From an uncultured Candidatus Entotheonella sp. (GTDB lineage Bacteria > Tectomicrobia > Entotheonellia > Entotheonellales > Entotheonellaceae): 64,000 bases of DNA. The notes under the pieces are model-generated. The model searched no databases, had not been told where the DNA came from, and saw only the letters and a program-made list of their open reading frames with translations. Positions within the stretch are counted from its first letter, which is position 1. Each line of letters starts with the position of its first letter. Position numbers and translations under genes: made by a program. Positions 28,256 to 38,349 of this stretch are shown here, piece by piece. Where the stretch lies: contig OZ244252.1 in assembly GCA_965217185.1 (NCBI GenBank), positions 2,272,001-2,336,000 of the forward strand, read 5' to 3'.

Positions 28256-29425
28256 CTAATCGGTGAGCAGTTGCTTGGCGATGGTTTGCAACTGGATGAA
28301 CGAGGTGCCTTCGTAGATTTTGCCGACCTTGGCATCGCGAAAGAATTTCTCGACCGGCGCCTCCTTCGTGTAGCCGATGCCGCCGAAGACTTCCAAGGCT
28401 TTTGAGGTGACCCGCTCGGCCATCTGGGCGGTGAAGTACTTGGTCATCGCTGCTTCCGTCAGGAAAGGCTCGCCGGCGTCTTTCAACCGTGCGGCGTTGT
28501 ATACCATGAGCCGGGCGGCTTCGACCTCGGTTGCCATCTCGGCTAGTTGAAATTGCATGGCCTGGAAGGAACTGATGGGCTTGCCGAACTGCTGGCGCGT
28601 CTTGGCGTAGCCGATGGCGGCTTGCAGGGCGCCTGCGGCGACACCGACCATCTGGGCGCCAATGCCGATGCGCCCTTCGTTGAGGGTTTCGATGGCCACC
28701 TTGTAGCCTTCGCCGACCTTGCCCAGGACGTTTGCCGCGGGCACCGTGCAGTTCTCCAAGAGTAACTCGCACGTGCTGCTGGCGCGGATGCCGAGTTTCT
28801 TCTCACTCTTGCCGACCTGCAGTCCAGGGGTGTCGCGCTCGACCAGAAAGGCCGTGATGCCTTTGTGACCCAAGACGGGGTCGATATTGGCAAAAATGAT
28901 GAACAGATCGGCTTCTCGCGCATTCGAGGTCCACAGCTTGCGCCCGTTCAGCAAGTACTGCTCACCCTGGCGCGTGGCACGGGCCTGCAAGGAGAAGGCG
29001 TCGCTGCCGGCGTCGGCTTCCGACAGTGAATAAGACGCAATGGCGTGTTTCGCCAGCATGGGCAGAAACGCGGCGTGTTGCTCGGGGTTGCCCCAGCGCA
29101 GGACGGCGTTGGTGACCAGGGTGTTGTGCACGTCCACGACCACCGCTACTGCGGCATCGACGCGCGACAGTTCTTCGATCGCCAGACACGACATGAAGAA
29201 AGTGCCTCCGGGGCCGCCGTAGGCTTCGGGGATTTCGATGCCCATCAAACCGAGGTCGAACAGCTTGGGTAGCAGGGCGGGTTCGAGGCGCCCGTTTTCA
29301 TCCATTGAGGCCACAAAGGGGCTGATCGCCTCTTCTGCAAAGTCGCGCACCGCCGCGCGAAAGAGGTTTTCCTCTTCCTTCAACGTGGTCAGCGGTGCGG
29401 CCGTCTGGGTGTCCGTGGCAGGCAT
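28256..29425 (-). CDS. Acyl-CoA dehydrogenase (short/branched-chain type)
   Basis: LSEADAGSDAF, KLGIRASST, LNEGRIGI and RDAKVGKIYEG motifs. Confidence 0.93.
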   Translation of the reverse strand: MPATDTQTAAPLTTLKEEENLFRAAVRDFAEEAISPFVASMDENGRLEPALLPKLFDLGLMGIEIPEAYGGPGGTFFMSCLAIEELSRVDAAVAVVVDVHNTLVTNAVLRWGNPEQHAAFLPMLAKHAIASYSLSEADAGSDAFSLQARATRQGEQYLLNGRKLWTSNAREADLFIIFANIDPVLGHKGITAFLVERDTPGLQVGKSEKKLGIRASSTCELLLENCTVPAANVLGKVGEGYKVAIETLNEGRIGIGAQMVGVAAGALQAAIGYAKTRQQFGKPISSFQAMQFQLAEMATEVEAARLMVYNAARLKDAGEPFLTEAAMTKYFTAQMAERVTSKALEVFGGIGYTKEAPVEKFFRDAKVGKIYEGTSFIQLQTIAKQLLTD

Positions 29426-29525
29426 ACCGATCTCCAGGAAATAAATTGAGGTGACTGTTTGGAAGACTTAATTCTACACGCAATCACGGTGCGTTCCTAG
29501 GGCTGCAATGGCGCCGGACACCCGT

Positions 29526-29554
29526 TTGCCCCGCCCTTATCGTCAAGATATACT
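29526..29554 (+). promoter_or_regulatory. Putative sigma70 promoter of argC
   Basis: TTGCCC-N17-TATACT. Confidence 0.5.
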
Positions 29555-29650
29555 GCACTGTCCAAAACATTCCGGCGTGGCTCAGCTAGGCGAACGGATG
29601 GGAAGTGACCGGGTTGTGCCACGAGTGTCAGGGATTGAGGGGGAACTGCG

Positions 29651-30694
29651 GTGAGCAAAATCAAGGCAAGTGTTATTGGGGCGTCGGGCTACGGCGGCGC
29701 CGAGGCGGTGCGGCTGCTGGCCAGCCATCCGCACGTGGATATCGTGCACGTTACCGCCGAGTCGCAACAGGGCCGCGCCATGTCCAGCTTGTACCCGAAT
29801 CTGCGGCGCTTTGTGGATCAGGAAATGATCGCGGTGGATGCCAAACGCATCGGGTGCGAATCCGACGTGGCTTTCGTGTCGCTGCCTAGCGGCAAGGCCA
29901 TGCACTTAGTGCCGGGGTTGCTTGAGCAGGGCTGCAAGGTTATTGATGTTGCCGCCGACTTCCGCTTGCGCGACGCGTCTCTCTACCCCATTTGGTACAA
30001 GTTCGAGCATAAGGCGCCGTCGTTCCTGTCCGAAGCGGTGTACGGTTTGCCGGAATTGCACCGCGATGCCATTGCCGGGACGCGTCTGCTGGCCAATCCG
30101 GGCTGTTACCCCGCGGCTTCGCTGTTGGCGTTGGCGCCATTGGTGCGGGCTGGCGTCGTCAGGCCCGCGGGCATCGTTATTGACGCCAAGTCCGGTATTT
30201 CCGGTGCCGGACGCGGCGGCGGCGGCGGTTTCGGCTATAGCGAGGTCAACGAAAACGCGCGGGCGTACGGCGTAGCAGGTCACAATCACACGGCGGAGAT
30301 CGAGCAGGAGTTGAGCGGGCTTGCCGGCGAAACCGTTCGGGTGGTCTTCACGCCACATCTCATCCCGATGACGCGGGGTATCCTGGCCACCACCTACGCC
30401 GCCTTGGCGGGCGACCTCAATCAGGAGGAGGCGCTGAGCCTCTATGACGACTATTATGGTGATGCCCCGTTCATGCGCGTGCTGCACGATGCCTTACCGG
30501 AGACCAAGGCGACACTTGGGTCCAATTACTGCGACGTGACAGTGAGGATCGACGCCCGCACCCGGACAGCGATCGCCATCGCCGCCATTGACAACCTCGG
30601 GCGTGGCGCTGCCGGGCAGGCCATCCAGAACATGAACCTGATGTGCGGTTTGCCGGAGAGCGCGGGCCTTCTGTTTCCAGCCCTCTACCCTTGA
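29651..30694 (+). CDS. argC: N-acetyl-gamma-glutamyl-phosphate reductase
   Basis: GASGYGG, ANPGCY, DAKSGISGAG, FTPHL and DNL..GAAGQAIQN motifs. Confidence 0.96.
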   Translation: MSKIKASVIGASGYGGAEAVRLLASHPHVDIVHVTAESQQGRAMSSLYPNLRRFVDQEMIAVDAKRIGCESDVAFVSLPSGKAMHLVPGLLEQGCKVIDVAADFRLRDASLYPIWYKFEHKAPSFLSEAVYGLPELHRDAIAGTRLLANPGCYPAASLLALAPLVRAGVVRPAGIVIDAKSGISGAGRGGGGGFGYSEVNENARAYGVAGHNHTAEIEQELSGLAGETVRVVFTPHLIPMTRGILATTYAALAGDLNQEEALSLYDDYYGDAPFMRVLHDALPETKATLGSNYCDVTVRIDARTRTAIAIAAIDNLGRGAAGQAIQNMNLMCGLPESAGLLFPALYP

Positions 30695-30717
30695 TTTCCC
30701 CTGCTGGGCCCACCTTC

Positions 30718-31455
30718 TTATTGTTCTGCGGGAATGACGTCTTCTTCCGGTTTCTTGCGTCGAATCAGAGTTTCGACAGGGCCGGAGAGCGCGTAGCTGA
30801 GGGAGAGGAGAAACAGGGACAATTCCGGCATAAGGGCGAGCATAATGAGGACGAACGTGCCGCCCACAACGAGGGGCAGGGACCAGATGCGCTTGATGCG
30901 GATTTTCTTGAAACTGCGATATCTGACGTTGCTCACCATGAGGAAGGCGAGCGCGTAGATGGCAATGACCAGGCCGAGAGGTTGATCGGCATTGAGAACG
31001 TGAAAATGACCCGTGGTGTCGTGGCCCAACAGCGTCGCCGCGGCGATGACGCTGGCCGCCGCCGGGATTGGCAAGCCCGTGAAGACATACCGCTGTACAT
31101 GCGACGCCTGAACGTTGAAGCGCGCCAGCCGCAGGGCGCCGCAAACAACAAAGAGGAATGCCGCTAGCCACCCGAACAGGCCCAGCGAACCGAGGAACCA
31201 GTTGAACAGCAACCATCCTGGCGCCATGCCGAACGACAGCAGGTCTGCCAGCGAGTCGTATTCCAGCCCGAAAGCGCTGGCCGAGTTGGTCATCCGGGCG
31301 ACTTTGCCGTCAACCGCGTCCAGTCCCACCGCCACCAGGATCGCTAAGGCGGCCTGCGTGTACTGACCGTTGCTGGCGGCGATCATACTGAGAAAGCCGA
31401 ACAGCAGGTTGGCTGACGTAAAGAGATTGGGAAGTAGATACAGGCCTTTTCTCAT
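30718..31455 (-). CDS. pssA: CDP-diacylglycerol--serine O-phosphatidyltransferase
   Basis: LPNLFT, DAVDGKVAR...GLEYDSLAD, RLARFN and GLPIP motifs. Confidence 0.95.
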   Translation of the reverse strand: MRKGLYLLPNLFTSANLLFGFLSMIAASNGQYTQAALAILVAVGLDAVDGKVARMTNSASAFGLEYDSLADLLSFGMAPGWLLFNWFLGSLGLFGWLAAFLFVVCGALRLARFNVQASHVQRYVFTGLPIPAAASVIAAATLLGHDTTGHFHVLNADQPLGLVIAIYALAFLMVSNVRYRSFKKIRIKRIWSLPLVVGGTFVLIMLALMPELSLFLLSLSYALSGPVETLIRRKKPEEDVIPAEQ

Positions 31456-32111
31456 GTCTCTCGCGGCACCTTCAGATAAGCGAGGATGGTTTCGCCGCCA
31501 CGCACCTTATCGCCAATCTGAGCGACAACGTTGGCATCAGCAGGGAGGAACAGGTCGGTGCGCGAGCCGAAGCGGATCAATCCGTAGCGTTGGCCCCTGT
31601 CCAGCATGTCACCGGGGCGCGCTCGACAGACAATGCGCCGTGCCAAAATACCGGCGATCTGCTTCACGGCGACAGCGACCTCCGGGCCGTCGATGGTAAT
31701 GCGGTTCGACTCATTTTCGCGCGACGCCTCGGAACGATAAGCCGGCACAAAGCGGCCTGGCTTGTAGATCACTTCGGTTACCTTGCCAGCATACGGGGCC
31801 CGGTTGACGTGCACGTCTGCGACCGACAGGAAAATGCTGATGCGGCGGCGCTCTTCCTCCATTTCAATTTCATGCACGCGTCCGTCGGCTGGCGATACGA
31901 CAGCCCCCGGTGTCTGCGGGATGGCCCGTTCCGGGTCACGGAAGAAGCACGATACGGCCGCCGTCAGCACAACACCAATTCCAGCGGCCAATTCCCAGCC
32001 GAGCAGCAGGCTCACCACTGTTGCCGCAGCCAGCGGTAGGATGAATGGCAGGCCTTCCGAGGCCAAAGGGAGTCGGGCAGGCCAAATCGTCATACGATCC
32101 ATTCCGCCCAT
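31452..32111 (-). CDS. psd: Phosphatidylserine decarboxylase proenzyme
   Basis: FFRDPER, SPADG, HVNRAP and FGS cleavage motif. Start may be ATG 32093. Confidence 0.93.
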   Translation of the reverse strand: MGGMDRMTIWPARLPLASEGLPFILPLAAATVVSLLLGWELAAGIGVVLTAAVSCFFRDPERAIPQTPGAVVSPADGRVHEIEMEEERRRISIFLSVADVHVNRAPYAGKVTEVIYKPGRFVPAYRSEASRENESNRITIDGPEVAVAVKQIAGILARRIVCRARPGDMLDRGQRYGLIRFGSRTDLFLPADANVVAQIGDKVRGGETILAYLKVPRET

Positions 32112-32129
32112 ATGGGGTTTCGGCCGGCG

Positions 32130-32642
32130 CTACATTGCGCCCTGGCCGCGGCCAATGGCGATTTTACCCGTGCGTACCATTTCCTTGATACCGAGCGGCT
32201 TGAGCAGATCGATGACAGCGCGAATCTTCCCCTCATCGCCGGTCACTTCGAGCACATAGGTCTTTGCCGTTACGTCGACGATTTTCGCCCGGAAAATCTC
32301 GGCGATGCGGAAAACCTCGGCACGCCTGAAATCCTCCGTATTGACCTTGATGAGCACCATTTCCCGGTCAACGTGGGACTCTTCGCTGAGATCCGTCACC
32401 TTGATGACGTCGATCAGGCGATTCAGCTGCTTGTTGACTTGCTCCAGGATCTTGTCGTCACCGGCCGTCACCAGCGTGACACGGGACACCGACGGGTCTT
32501 CGGTCTCCGCCACGCTCAGGCTCTCGATATTGAATCCGCGAGCGCTGAACAGGCCGGTGATACGGCCCAAAACACCGAACTGATTCTCCACCAGGACGGC
32601 AAAAGTATGCCGCTGCACCTCACCGTTTTGCTGCCTTGGCAT
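32130..32642 (-). CDS. ilvN: Acetolactate synthase small subunit
   Basis: VENQFGVLGRITGLFSARGFNIESL and EMVRTG motifs. Confidence 0.95.
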   Translation of the reverse strand: MPRQQNGEVQRHTFAVLVENQFGVLGRITGLFSARGFNIESLSVAETEDPSVSRVTLVTAGDDKILEQVNKQLNRLIDVIKVTDLSEESHVDREMVLIKVNTEDFRRAEVFRIAEIFRAKIVDVTAKTYVLEVTGDEGKIRAVIDLLKPLGIKEMVRTGKIAIGRGQGAM

Positions 32643-32654
32643 CGTATGCCGCCC

Positions 32655-34340
32655 CTATGCCAAGAGCATGTCTTTGATGGAGCCGCCGGTGGGGATCATG
32701 GGGAAAACGTTCTCGGTCATTTTCACCACGAAATCGAGGACTACCGGACGGCGCAGGCGGATGGCTTCCTCAAGCGCAGGACGCACCTCGTCGGGCTTGG
32801 TGGCCCGCAGTCCCACCGCTCCGTAAGCCTCGGCGAGTTTCACATAGTCGGGGCTCACCTCGAGGCTGGTGTCGGCGTAGCGGCCTTCGTAGAAAAACTG
32901 CTGCCACTGGCGAACCATGCCCAGGCTGTGGTTGTTCAGGATCGCCACGATGACGGGCAGGTCGTACTGTACTGCGGTGGCCAGCTCCTGCACGTTCATC
33001 TGGAAGCTGCCGTCGCCGGCGATGTCGATAACGGTGCGATCCGGGCAGGCGATCTGGGCGCCGATGGCAGCGGGAAAGCCATAGCCCATGGTGCCGAGGC
33101 CGCCCGAGGTGATGAAGTGGCGGGGCTTCATGAAGTGGTAATACTGCGCGGCCCACATCTGATGCTGGCCCACCTCGGTGGTGATGATGGCGTCGCCCGC
33201 CGTGACCTCGTAAATCTGCTCGCAGACGTATTGCGGCATGAGTTCGCCATCCGGATCCTGCTCGTACGACAACGGGAAATCCCGCTGCCACTCGGCGATT
33301 TGCGCCAACCAGGACGCGTGCGCCGCATACCAATCCTTGCCCTCCATGGCCCGCAACTCCTTGAGCAGGCGCTGCAAGCACATCTTCACGTCACCGACGA
33401 TCGGTAGGGCGACGGGGATGTTCTTGCCGATGGAGGATGGATCAATGTCGATATGGATGAACTCGGCGCTGACGCAGAATTCTTCAAGGTTGCCGGTGAC
33501 CCGGTCGTCGAAGCGGGCGCCGACGGCGATGACCAGATCGGCCTGATCCATGGCCATGTTCGCCGTGTAGGTGCCGTGCATGCCCAGCATGCCGAGCCAC
33601 AGGTCGTGGCGGCCGGGAAAGCCGCCCAGCCCCATCAGGGTGTTGGTGACCGGCGTCGCGGCGAATTCGCCGAGTTCGTGCAACTCAGCCGCCGCCTCGG
33701 AGTGAATGACGCCACCGCCCGCGTAGATGACCGGCCGCTCCGCGGCGGCCAGCATTTCAGCAGCGCGCCGGATCTGCCCGGCGTGGCCGAGGGTCGTTGG
33801 CTTGTAGCCGCGAATGTCCACATTGTCGGGATAGTTAAAATCCGTTGAGTCCGTGGCCACATCTTTGGGGATGTCGACCAGCACCGGGCCGGGGCGTCCG
33901 GTGGAGGCAATGTAGAAGGCTTCCTTGATCGTGCGGGCTAAGTCCTTGACGTCCCTTACTAAGTAGTTGTGCTTCGTGCACGAGCGGGTCATGCCGACGA
34001 TGTCCGCCTCCTGAAAGGCATCGTTGCCGATAACGCCGGTGGGCACCTGACCGGTGAACACGACGATGGGCGTGGAGTCCATGAACGCATCGGCGAGACC
34101 GGTGACCACGTTCGTGCCGCCGGGTCCCGAGGTTACCAGCACAACGCCGGGCCGTCCGGTGGCGCGCGCGTACCCTTCCGCCATGTGTACCGCCCCCTGC
34201 TCGTGGCGGGTCAGAATATGGCGGATTCGGCCGCTGTACAGGGCGTCGTTGAGCGGCAAAATGGCCCCGCCCGGGTGTCCAAAGATGGTATCAACGCCCT
34301 CTGCCAACAAACTTTCGATGAAGATTTCAGCGCCTTGCAT
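32655..34340 (-). CDS. ilvB: Acetolactate synthase large subunit
   Basis: [31 protein letters not shown] and GMVRQWQ motifs. Confidence 0.97.
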   Translation of the reverse strand: MQGAEIFIESLLAEGVDTIFGHPGGAILPLNDALYSGRIRHILTRHEQGAVHMAEGYARATGRPGVVLVTSGPGGTNVVTGLADAFMDSTPIVVFTGQVPTGVIGNDAFQEADIVGMTRSCTKHNYLVRDVKDLARTIKEAFYIASTGRPGPVLVDIPKDVATDSTDFNYPDNVDIRGYKPTTLGHAGQIRRAAEMLAAAERPVIYAGGGVIHSEAAAELHELGEFAATPVTNTLMGLGGFPGRHDLWLGMLGMHGTYTANMAMDQADLVIAVGARFDDRVTGNLEEFCVSAEFIHIDIDPSSIGKNIPVALPIVGDVKMCLQRLLKELRAMEGKDWYAAHASWLAQIAEWQRDFPLSYEQDPDGELMPQYVCEQIYEVTAGDAIITTEVGQHQMWAAQYYHFMKPRHFITSGGLGTMGYGFPAAIGAQIACPDRTVIDIAGDGSFQMNVQELATAVQYDLPVIVAILNNHSLGMVRQWQQFFYEGRYADTSLEVSPDYVKLAEAYGAVGLRATKPDEVRPALEEAIRLRRPVVLDFVVKMTENVFPMIPTGGSIKDMLLA

Positions 34341-34401
34341 GGCTTAGGCCCTTCCCTACGACGCGTGTGGATAGAAGCACCGCGTTAATGAGGTATGCAG
34401 A

Positions 34402-34623
34402 TTACTGGTATTGCTGCAGGATGACCAGCATGCGGTCCTTGCCCTGGAGCTTAAGCTTCTGCAGCCGTTTGCGGTCCAATTCCTGTTCGCTGCTGAGATA
34501 CGGCAAGTTGGTGTACGCCTCAAGTTGGCTTTCGTATTGTTGATGCTCGTCGAGCAAGCGCCGAAACTCGATGTCTTCCTGCCGTAGGCGTGCAATTGTC
34601 GCCTCGGAAATGCCTTCAAGCAT
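34402..34623 (-). CDS. DUF465/YdcH family protein
   Basis: 73-aa helical protein with EFRRL..EH and KLKLQGKD motifs. Confidence 0.75.
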   Translation of the reverse strand: MLEGISEATIARLRQEDIEFRRLLDEHQQYESQLEAYTNLPYLSSEQELDRKRLQKLKLQGKDRMLVILQQYQ

Positions 34624-35341
34624 GGGCCGCTCCTTTCTCTTGCCGGCTTGCCGCGGGTGACGCCTTGCGTCGCGGCAGGCGGGCATCGGCGGGTCTGATG
34701 TAGATAGGTGTGAGATGGTAGCCGTCGTCAGAGCCGGTCGTCGCCAGACGTTCACAGCCCAAGCGGGCCACGTTAGCCGCCAGCGCAAAGTCGCTGCCAA
34801 GGTCCCTGCATACCGCCTGTTCGCCCAATCTTGACGCTAAGAATTCGCCGTAGCTTTGCACCCCGCTGCCGAGAAACAAGGTGCGTTCCTGAACAAGGGT
34901 GCACAGGGTGTCTGGTGCGACGGCCATTCCAGGCATGGTTTCGTATATTTGCCGGTCTTGTCGGCGGTAAAAGGCGGCATACACCTCACCGCGGCGTGCC
35001 TCGATGACTGGGCAAATCAGGCCATCCCAATCTGCGGCTGCGTCCACCAGCGCCTCGAAGGTACTACAGCCTATCAGGGGCCTCTTGTACGCCGTAACCA
35101 GACCCTGCGCCGTTGCCAACCCCACCCGCAAGCCGGTAAAAGCCCCAGGGCCCAGGTTCACCGCCACACCGGCAACGTCGGCGACAGCGCGGCCCGCCTG
35201 CGCGCACAAGTTGTCGATAAGACGCACCAAATGGGACGAGGCGGCAGATCGCCCTGGTAAGTGGGCGCATGCGACGATTTGACCTGTTTCAACAAGGGCT
35301 GCACTACAGGAGGGGCTTGCTGTGTCGATACCGAGGATCAT
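34616..35341 (-). CDS. tsaB: tRNA t6A biosynthesis protein TsaB
   Basis: ILGIDTA, GPGAFTGLRVG, ARRGEVY and PIYIR motifs. Confidence 0.93.
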   Translation of the reverse strand: MILGIDTASPSCSAALVETGQIVACAHLPGRSAASSHLVRLIDNLCAQAGRAVADVAGVAVNLGPGAFTGLRVGLATAQGLVTAYKRPLIGCSTFEALVDAAADWDGLICPVIEARRGEVYAAFYRRQDRQIYETMPGMAVAPDTLCTLVQERTLFLGSGVQSYGEFLASRLGEQAVCRDLGSDFALAANVARLGCERLATTGSDDGYHLTPIYIRPADARLPRRKASPAASRQEKGAAHA

Positions 35342-35439
35342 TATGGACGGCCCATCGTCTATTCGAGCGAAAAACGTACATTAATCGCAGTCTGAGGAGA
35401 CGCCAACATAGCATGGTATTCGTCACATCGTCAAGGGAC

Positions 35440-35468
35440 TTGCCCGGCTTGGAGCGGGGCAGTACAAT
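35440..35468 (+). promoter_or_regulatory. Putative sigma70 promoter of bamD-pgsA-plsY
   Basis: TTGCCC-N17-TACAAT. Confidence 0.5.
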
Positions 35469-35542
35469 GCGATTTCGCTTCCTGAAATAGCGGTGGCGGA
35501 CGCCTGTTTTGCCAATCCTGAAAAAGTTGGAAGGAACCTGAC

Positions 35543-36325
35543 GTGGGCAGGCTGCTGACGGTTGTCACAGCGGGGATTCTGTGTGTGTTCGCGCTGACTG
35601 GCTGCGCCTCGAAAAAGAAAACGCTGACGGCGGAGGAAATACTGCGCTCGGGCGACACGCAACTTGGGCGCCAGCGTGGCGACAAGGCGCGCGGGTTTTA
35701 TGAGCAGCTACTGGAAGAAGATCCCGAGAGCAGATACAAGGCGGAGGTGCAATTCAAAATCGCCGAATCACTCTACAGCGAAAAGAGCTATCTCGAAGCC
35801 CGCTTCGAATACGAGAAGTTTCTCGAGCTCTACCCCCAACACCCGCTCGCCGCGCAGGCGCAATTTCAGATTGGTATGTGTCACGCGCAGAAAGTGAACC
35901 CATTCGACCGCGACCAGAAGGTAACCCTGAACGCCTTGCGGGCGTTTCGCCTCTTCAGGCAAAAATACCCCCAGGAGACATTGCTGCAGGAAGCAGAGGC
36001 GCAGATCACCTCCCTGCGCCAGCGCTTGGCCGAACACGAGTTCGACGTGGCGCGTTTCTACTACCGGAAGGAAGCCTATCAGGCAGCTATCCGGCGCCTG
36101 CTCAACCTGATTCAGGTATACCCCGATATGTCCGACACGGACGTCGCCTTTTACATGCTGGCCGACAGCTACCGTCGAGAAGAGAATTACGTCAAAGCGG
36201 CGCGCGTCTTTCGTAACCTCGTGGATCGTTTCCCCACCAGCGCCTATGTGTCCCGCTCGGCGGCGCGGTTGCGTAACCTACCCGACACCGGTATATCGCG
36301 CGATGCGGACGGCGCCGGGCCATGA
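35543..36325 (+). CDS. bamD: Outer membrane protein assembly lipoprotein BamD
   Basis: Lipobox LTGC, TPR helices, RDQ and LAEHEFDVARFY motifs. Confidence 0.9.
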   Translation: MGRLLTVVTAGILCVFALTGCASKKKTLTAEEILRSGDTQLGRQRGDKARGFYEQLLEEDPESRYKAEVQFKIAESLYSEKSYLEARFEYEKFLELYPQHPLAAQAQFQIGMCHAQKVNPFDRDQKVTLNALRAFRLFRQKYPQETLLQEAEAQITSLRQRLAEHEFDVARFYYRKEAYQAAIRRLLNLIQVYPDMSDTDVAFYMLADSYRREENYVKAARVFRNLVDRFPTSAYVSRSAARLRNLPDTGISRDADGAGP

Positions 36326-36357
36326 CATAACGCCCGCTGGTTGAGGCTTTGGAGCTT

Positions 36358-36933
36358 ATGGCATTACAGCAATCCGATTCATCTGCATCGCAGTCACAGA
36401 CGGGGCACGGGCTGAACTGGCCTAATCGGATCACCCTGATGCGCATCTTCCTGGTGCCGGTTCTGCTGGTGTTTCTGATTTCGCCGCGGGGCTGGTCGCC
36501 CATCATTGCGGCGACCATCTTCCTCATTGCCGCTTTCACGGACTGGCTCGACGGCCACTTGGCACGCAGCACGAACCAGATCACACGCCTGGGGCAACTA
36601 CTCGATCCGATTGCCGACAAGCTTCTGGTTACCGCCGCGTTGGTATCCCTGGTGGGCCGGCAACAGGTGCCGGCGTGGATCGTGGTCATCATTCTGTGCC
36701 GCGAGCTGGCGGTCACCGGCCTTCGCGCCATGGCAGCGGACCGGCACGTCATCATTGCCGCTGAGGCATACGGCAAGTACAAAATGCTGTTCTTCATCGT
36801 TGGCGTCTTTCTGCTTGTCCTGAACCTCCCCGAGTTGTACTGGCCTGGAATGGTCGCCTTGGGCGTGGGACTGGTCCTGAGCGTCGTTTCCGGCATTGAC
36901 TACCTGCGCAAGTACTTGGCGCAGATTCTCTAG
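36358..36933 (+). CDS. pgsA: CDP-diacylglycerol--glycerol-3-phosphate 3-phosphatidyltransferase
   Basis: PNRITLMR, DWLDGHLAR...GQLLDPIADK and RELAVTGLR motifs. Confidence 0.95.
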   Translation: MALQQSDSSASQSQTGHGLNWPNRITLMRIFLVPVLLVFLISPRGWSPIIAATIFLIAAFTDWLDGHLARSTNQITRLGQLLDPIADKLLVTAALVSLVGRQQVPAWIVVIILCRELAVTGLRAMAADRHVIIAAEAYGKYKMLFFIVGVFLLVLNLPELYWPGMVALGVGLVLSVVSGIDYLRKYLAQIL

Positions 36934-36946
36934 AAAGCCTTCAATC

Positions 36947-37531
<585 letters not shown>

Positions 37532-37557
37532 CCCATCGCGATGGGGATATTTTGGCT

Positions 37558-37586
37558 TTGCAAGAAAGAGGAATCTGCTATATAGT
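37558..37586 (+). promoter_or_regulatory. Putative sigma70 promoter of the tRNA cluster
   Basis: TTGCAA-N17-TATAGT. Confidence 0.55.
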
Positions 37587-37608
37587 CTCCTGCCTTGCGG
37601 GAGGCAAC

Positions 37609-37681
37609 GCGGGTGTAGCTCAGCTGGTAGAGCACAACCTTGCCAAGGTTGGGGTCGCCGGTTCGAATCCGGTCACCCGCT
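37609..37681 (+). tRNA. tRNA-Gly(GCC)
   Basis: GCGGGTG/CACCCGC acceptor stem, anticodon arm CAACC-TTGCCAA-GGTTG, GTTCGAATC T-loop; CCA not encoded. Confidence 0.96.
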
Positions 37682-37720
37682 TCCGCTAAGCGCTAGGCTG
37701 CGGACACTTCCTCATACATC

Positions 37721-37791
<71 letters not shown>

Positions 37792-37852
37792 CTCACGCCT
37801 TCAGCAGATTCCTTTTTCCCCTTCAAACACAAATTCTCGTCCGCGTTTTATT

Positions 37853-37936
37853 GCCGGGGTGGTGGAATGGTAGACACAACGGACTTAAAATCCGTTGGAC
37901 CATGCGTCCGTGCCGGTTCGAGTCCGGCCCTCGGCA
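37853..37936 (+). tRNA. tRNA-Leu(TAA)
   Basis: GCCGGGG/CCTCGGC acceptor stem, ACGGA-CTTAAAA-TCCGT anticodon arm, long variable arm, GTTCGAGTC T-loop. Confidence 0.95.
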
Positions 37937-37945
37937 TGTAGCTTC

Positions 37946-38332
37946 CTACCGCAACCAATCGCACGATTTTGCTGCTTTGTTCCATCCCCATCCGGCCAGT
38001 AGAGCACCTACCCCGTCGGCCATCACGTCCGATAGTTCCGCCTGCCGCTCGCATACGAATGATTGATGCCCTTCGTCAAAGCAACCATAGGCAACGGTCG
38101 CCAGCACGCCGAATATGACCACGGCCTGCCGTGACCACGTCGGCTTCTGCAACCTCAGGGCTCGGCAGATCAATACGGCCAGGCCGCCGAATACGAGCAC
38201 GTGCACCAGTTTGTCGCCAATTTTGAGTTGCGGCAAGTCGTTCCCTGGGATGCTGGAAACGACGAAAATACCGGCAGCGTAGAGAATGGCCAGGGCCCAC
38301 CGGATGAGGATTCTGCGCGGTTCCCACGGCAT
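37946..38332 (-). CDS. VanZ family membrane protein
   Basis: IF..SSIP, DKLVH..FG, DEGHQSFV..R and DVMAD motifs. Confidence 0.88.
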   Translation of the reverse strand: MPWEPRRILIRWALAILYAAGIFVVSSIPGNDLPQLKIGDKLVHVLVFGGLAVLICRALRLQKPTWSRQAVVIFGVLATVAYGCFDEGHQSFVCERQAELSDVMADGVGALLAGWGWNKAAKSCDWLR

Positions 38333-38349
38333 TCGGTCGGGGTCACGAC

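Noticed and set aside
37853..38332. Integrated element at tRNA-Leu
   Set aside because: The VanZ gene ends 9 bp after the tRNA, with no integrase or duplicated tRNA 3' end seen.
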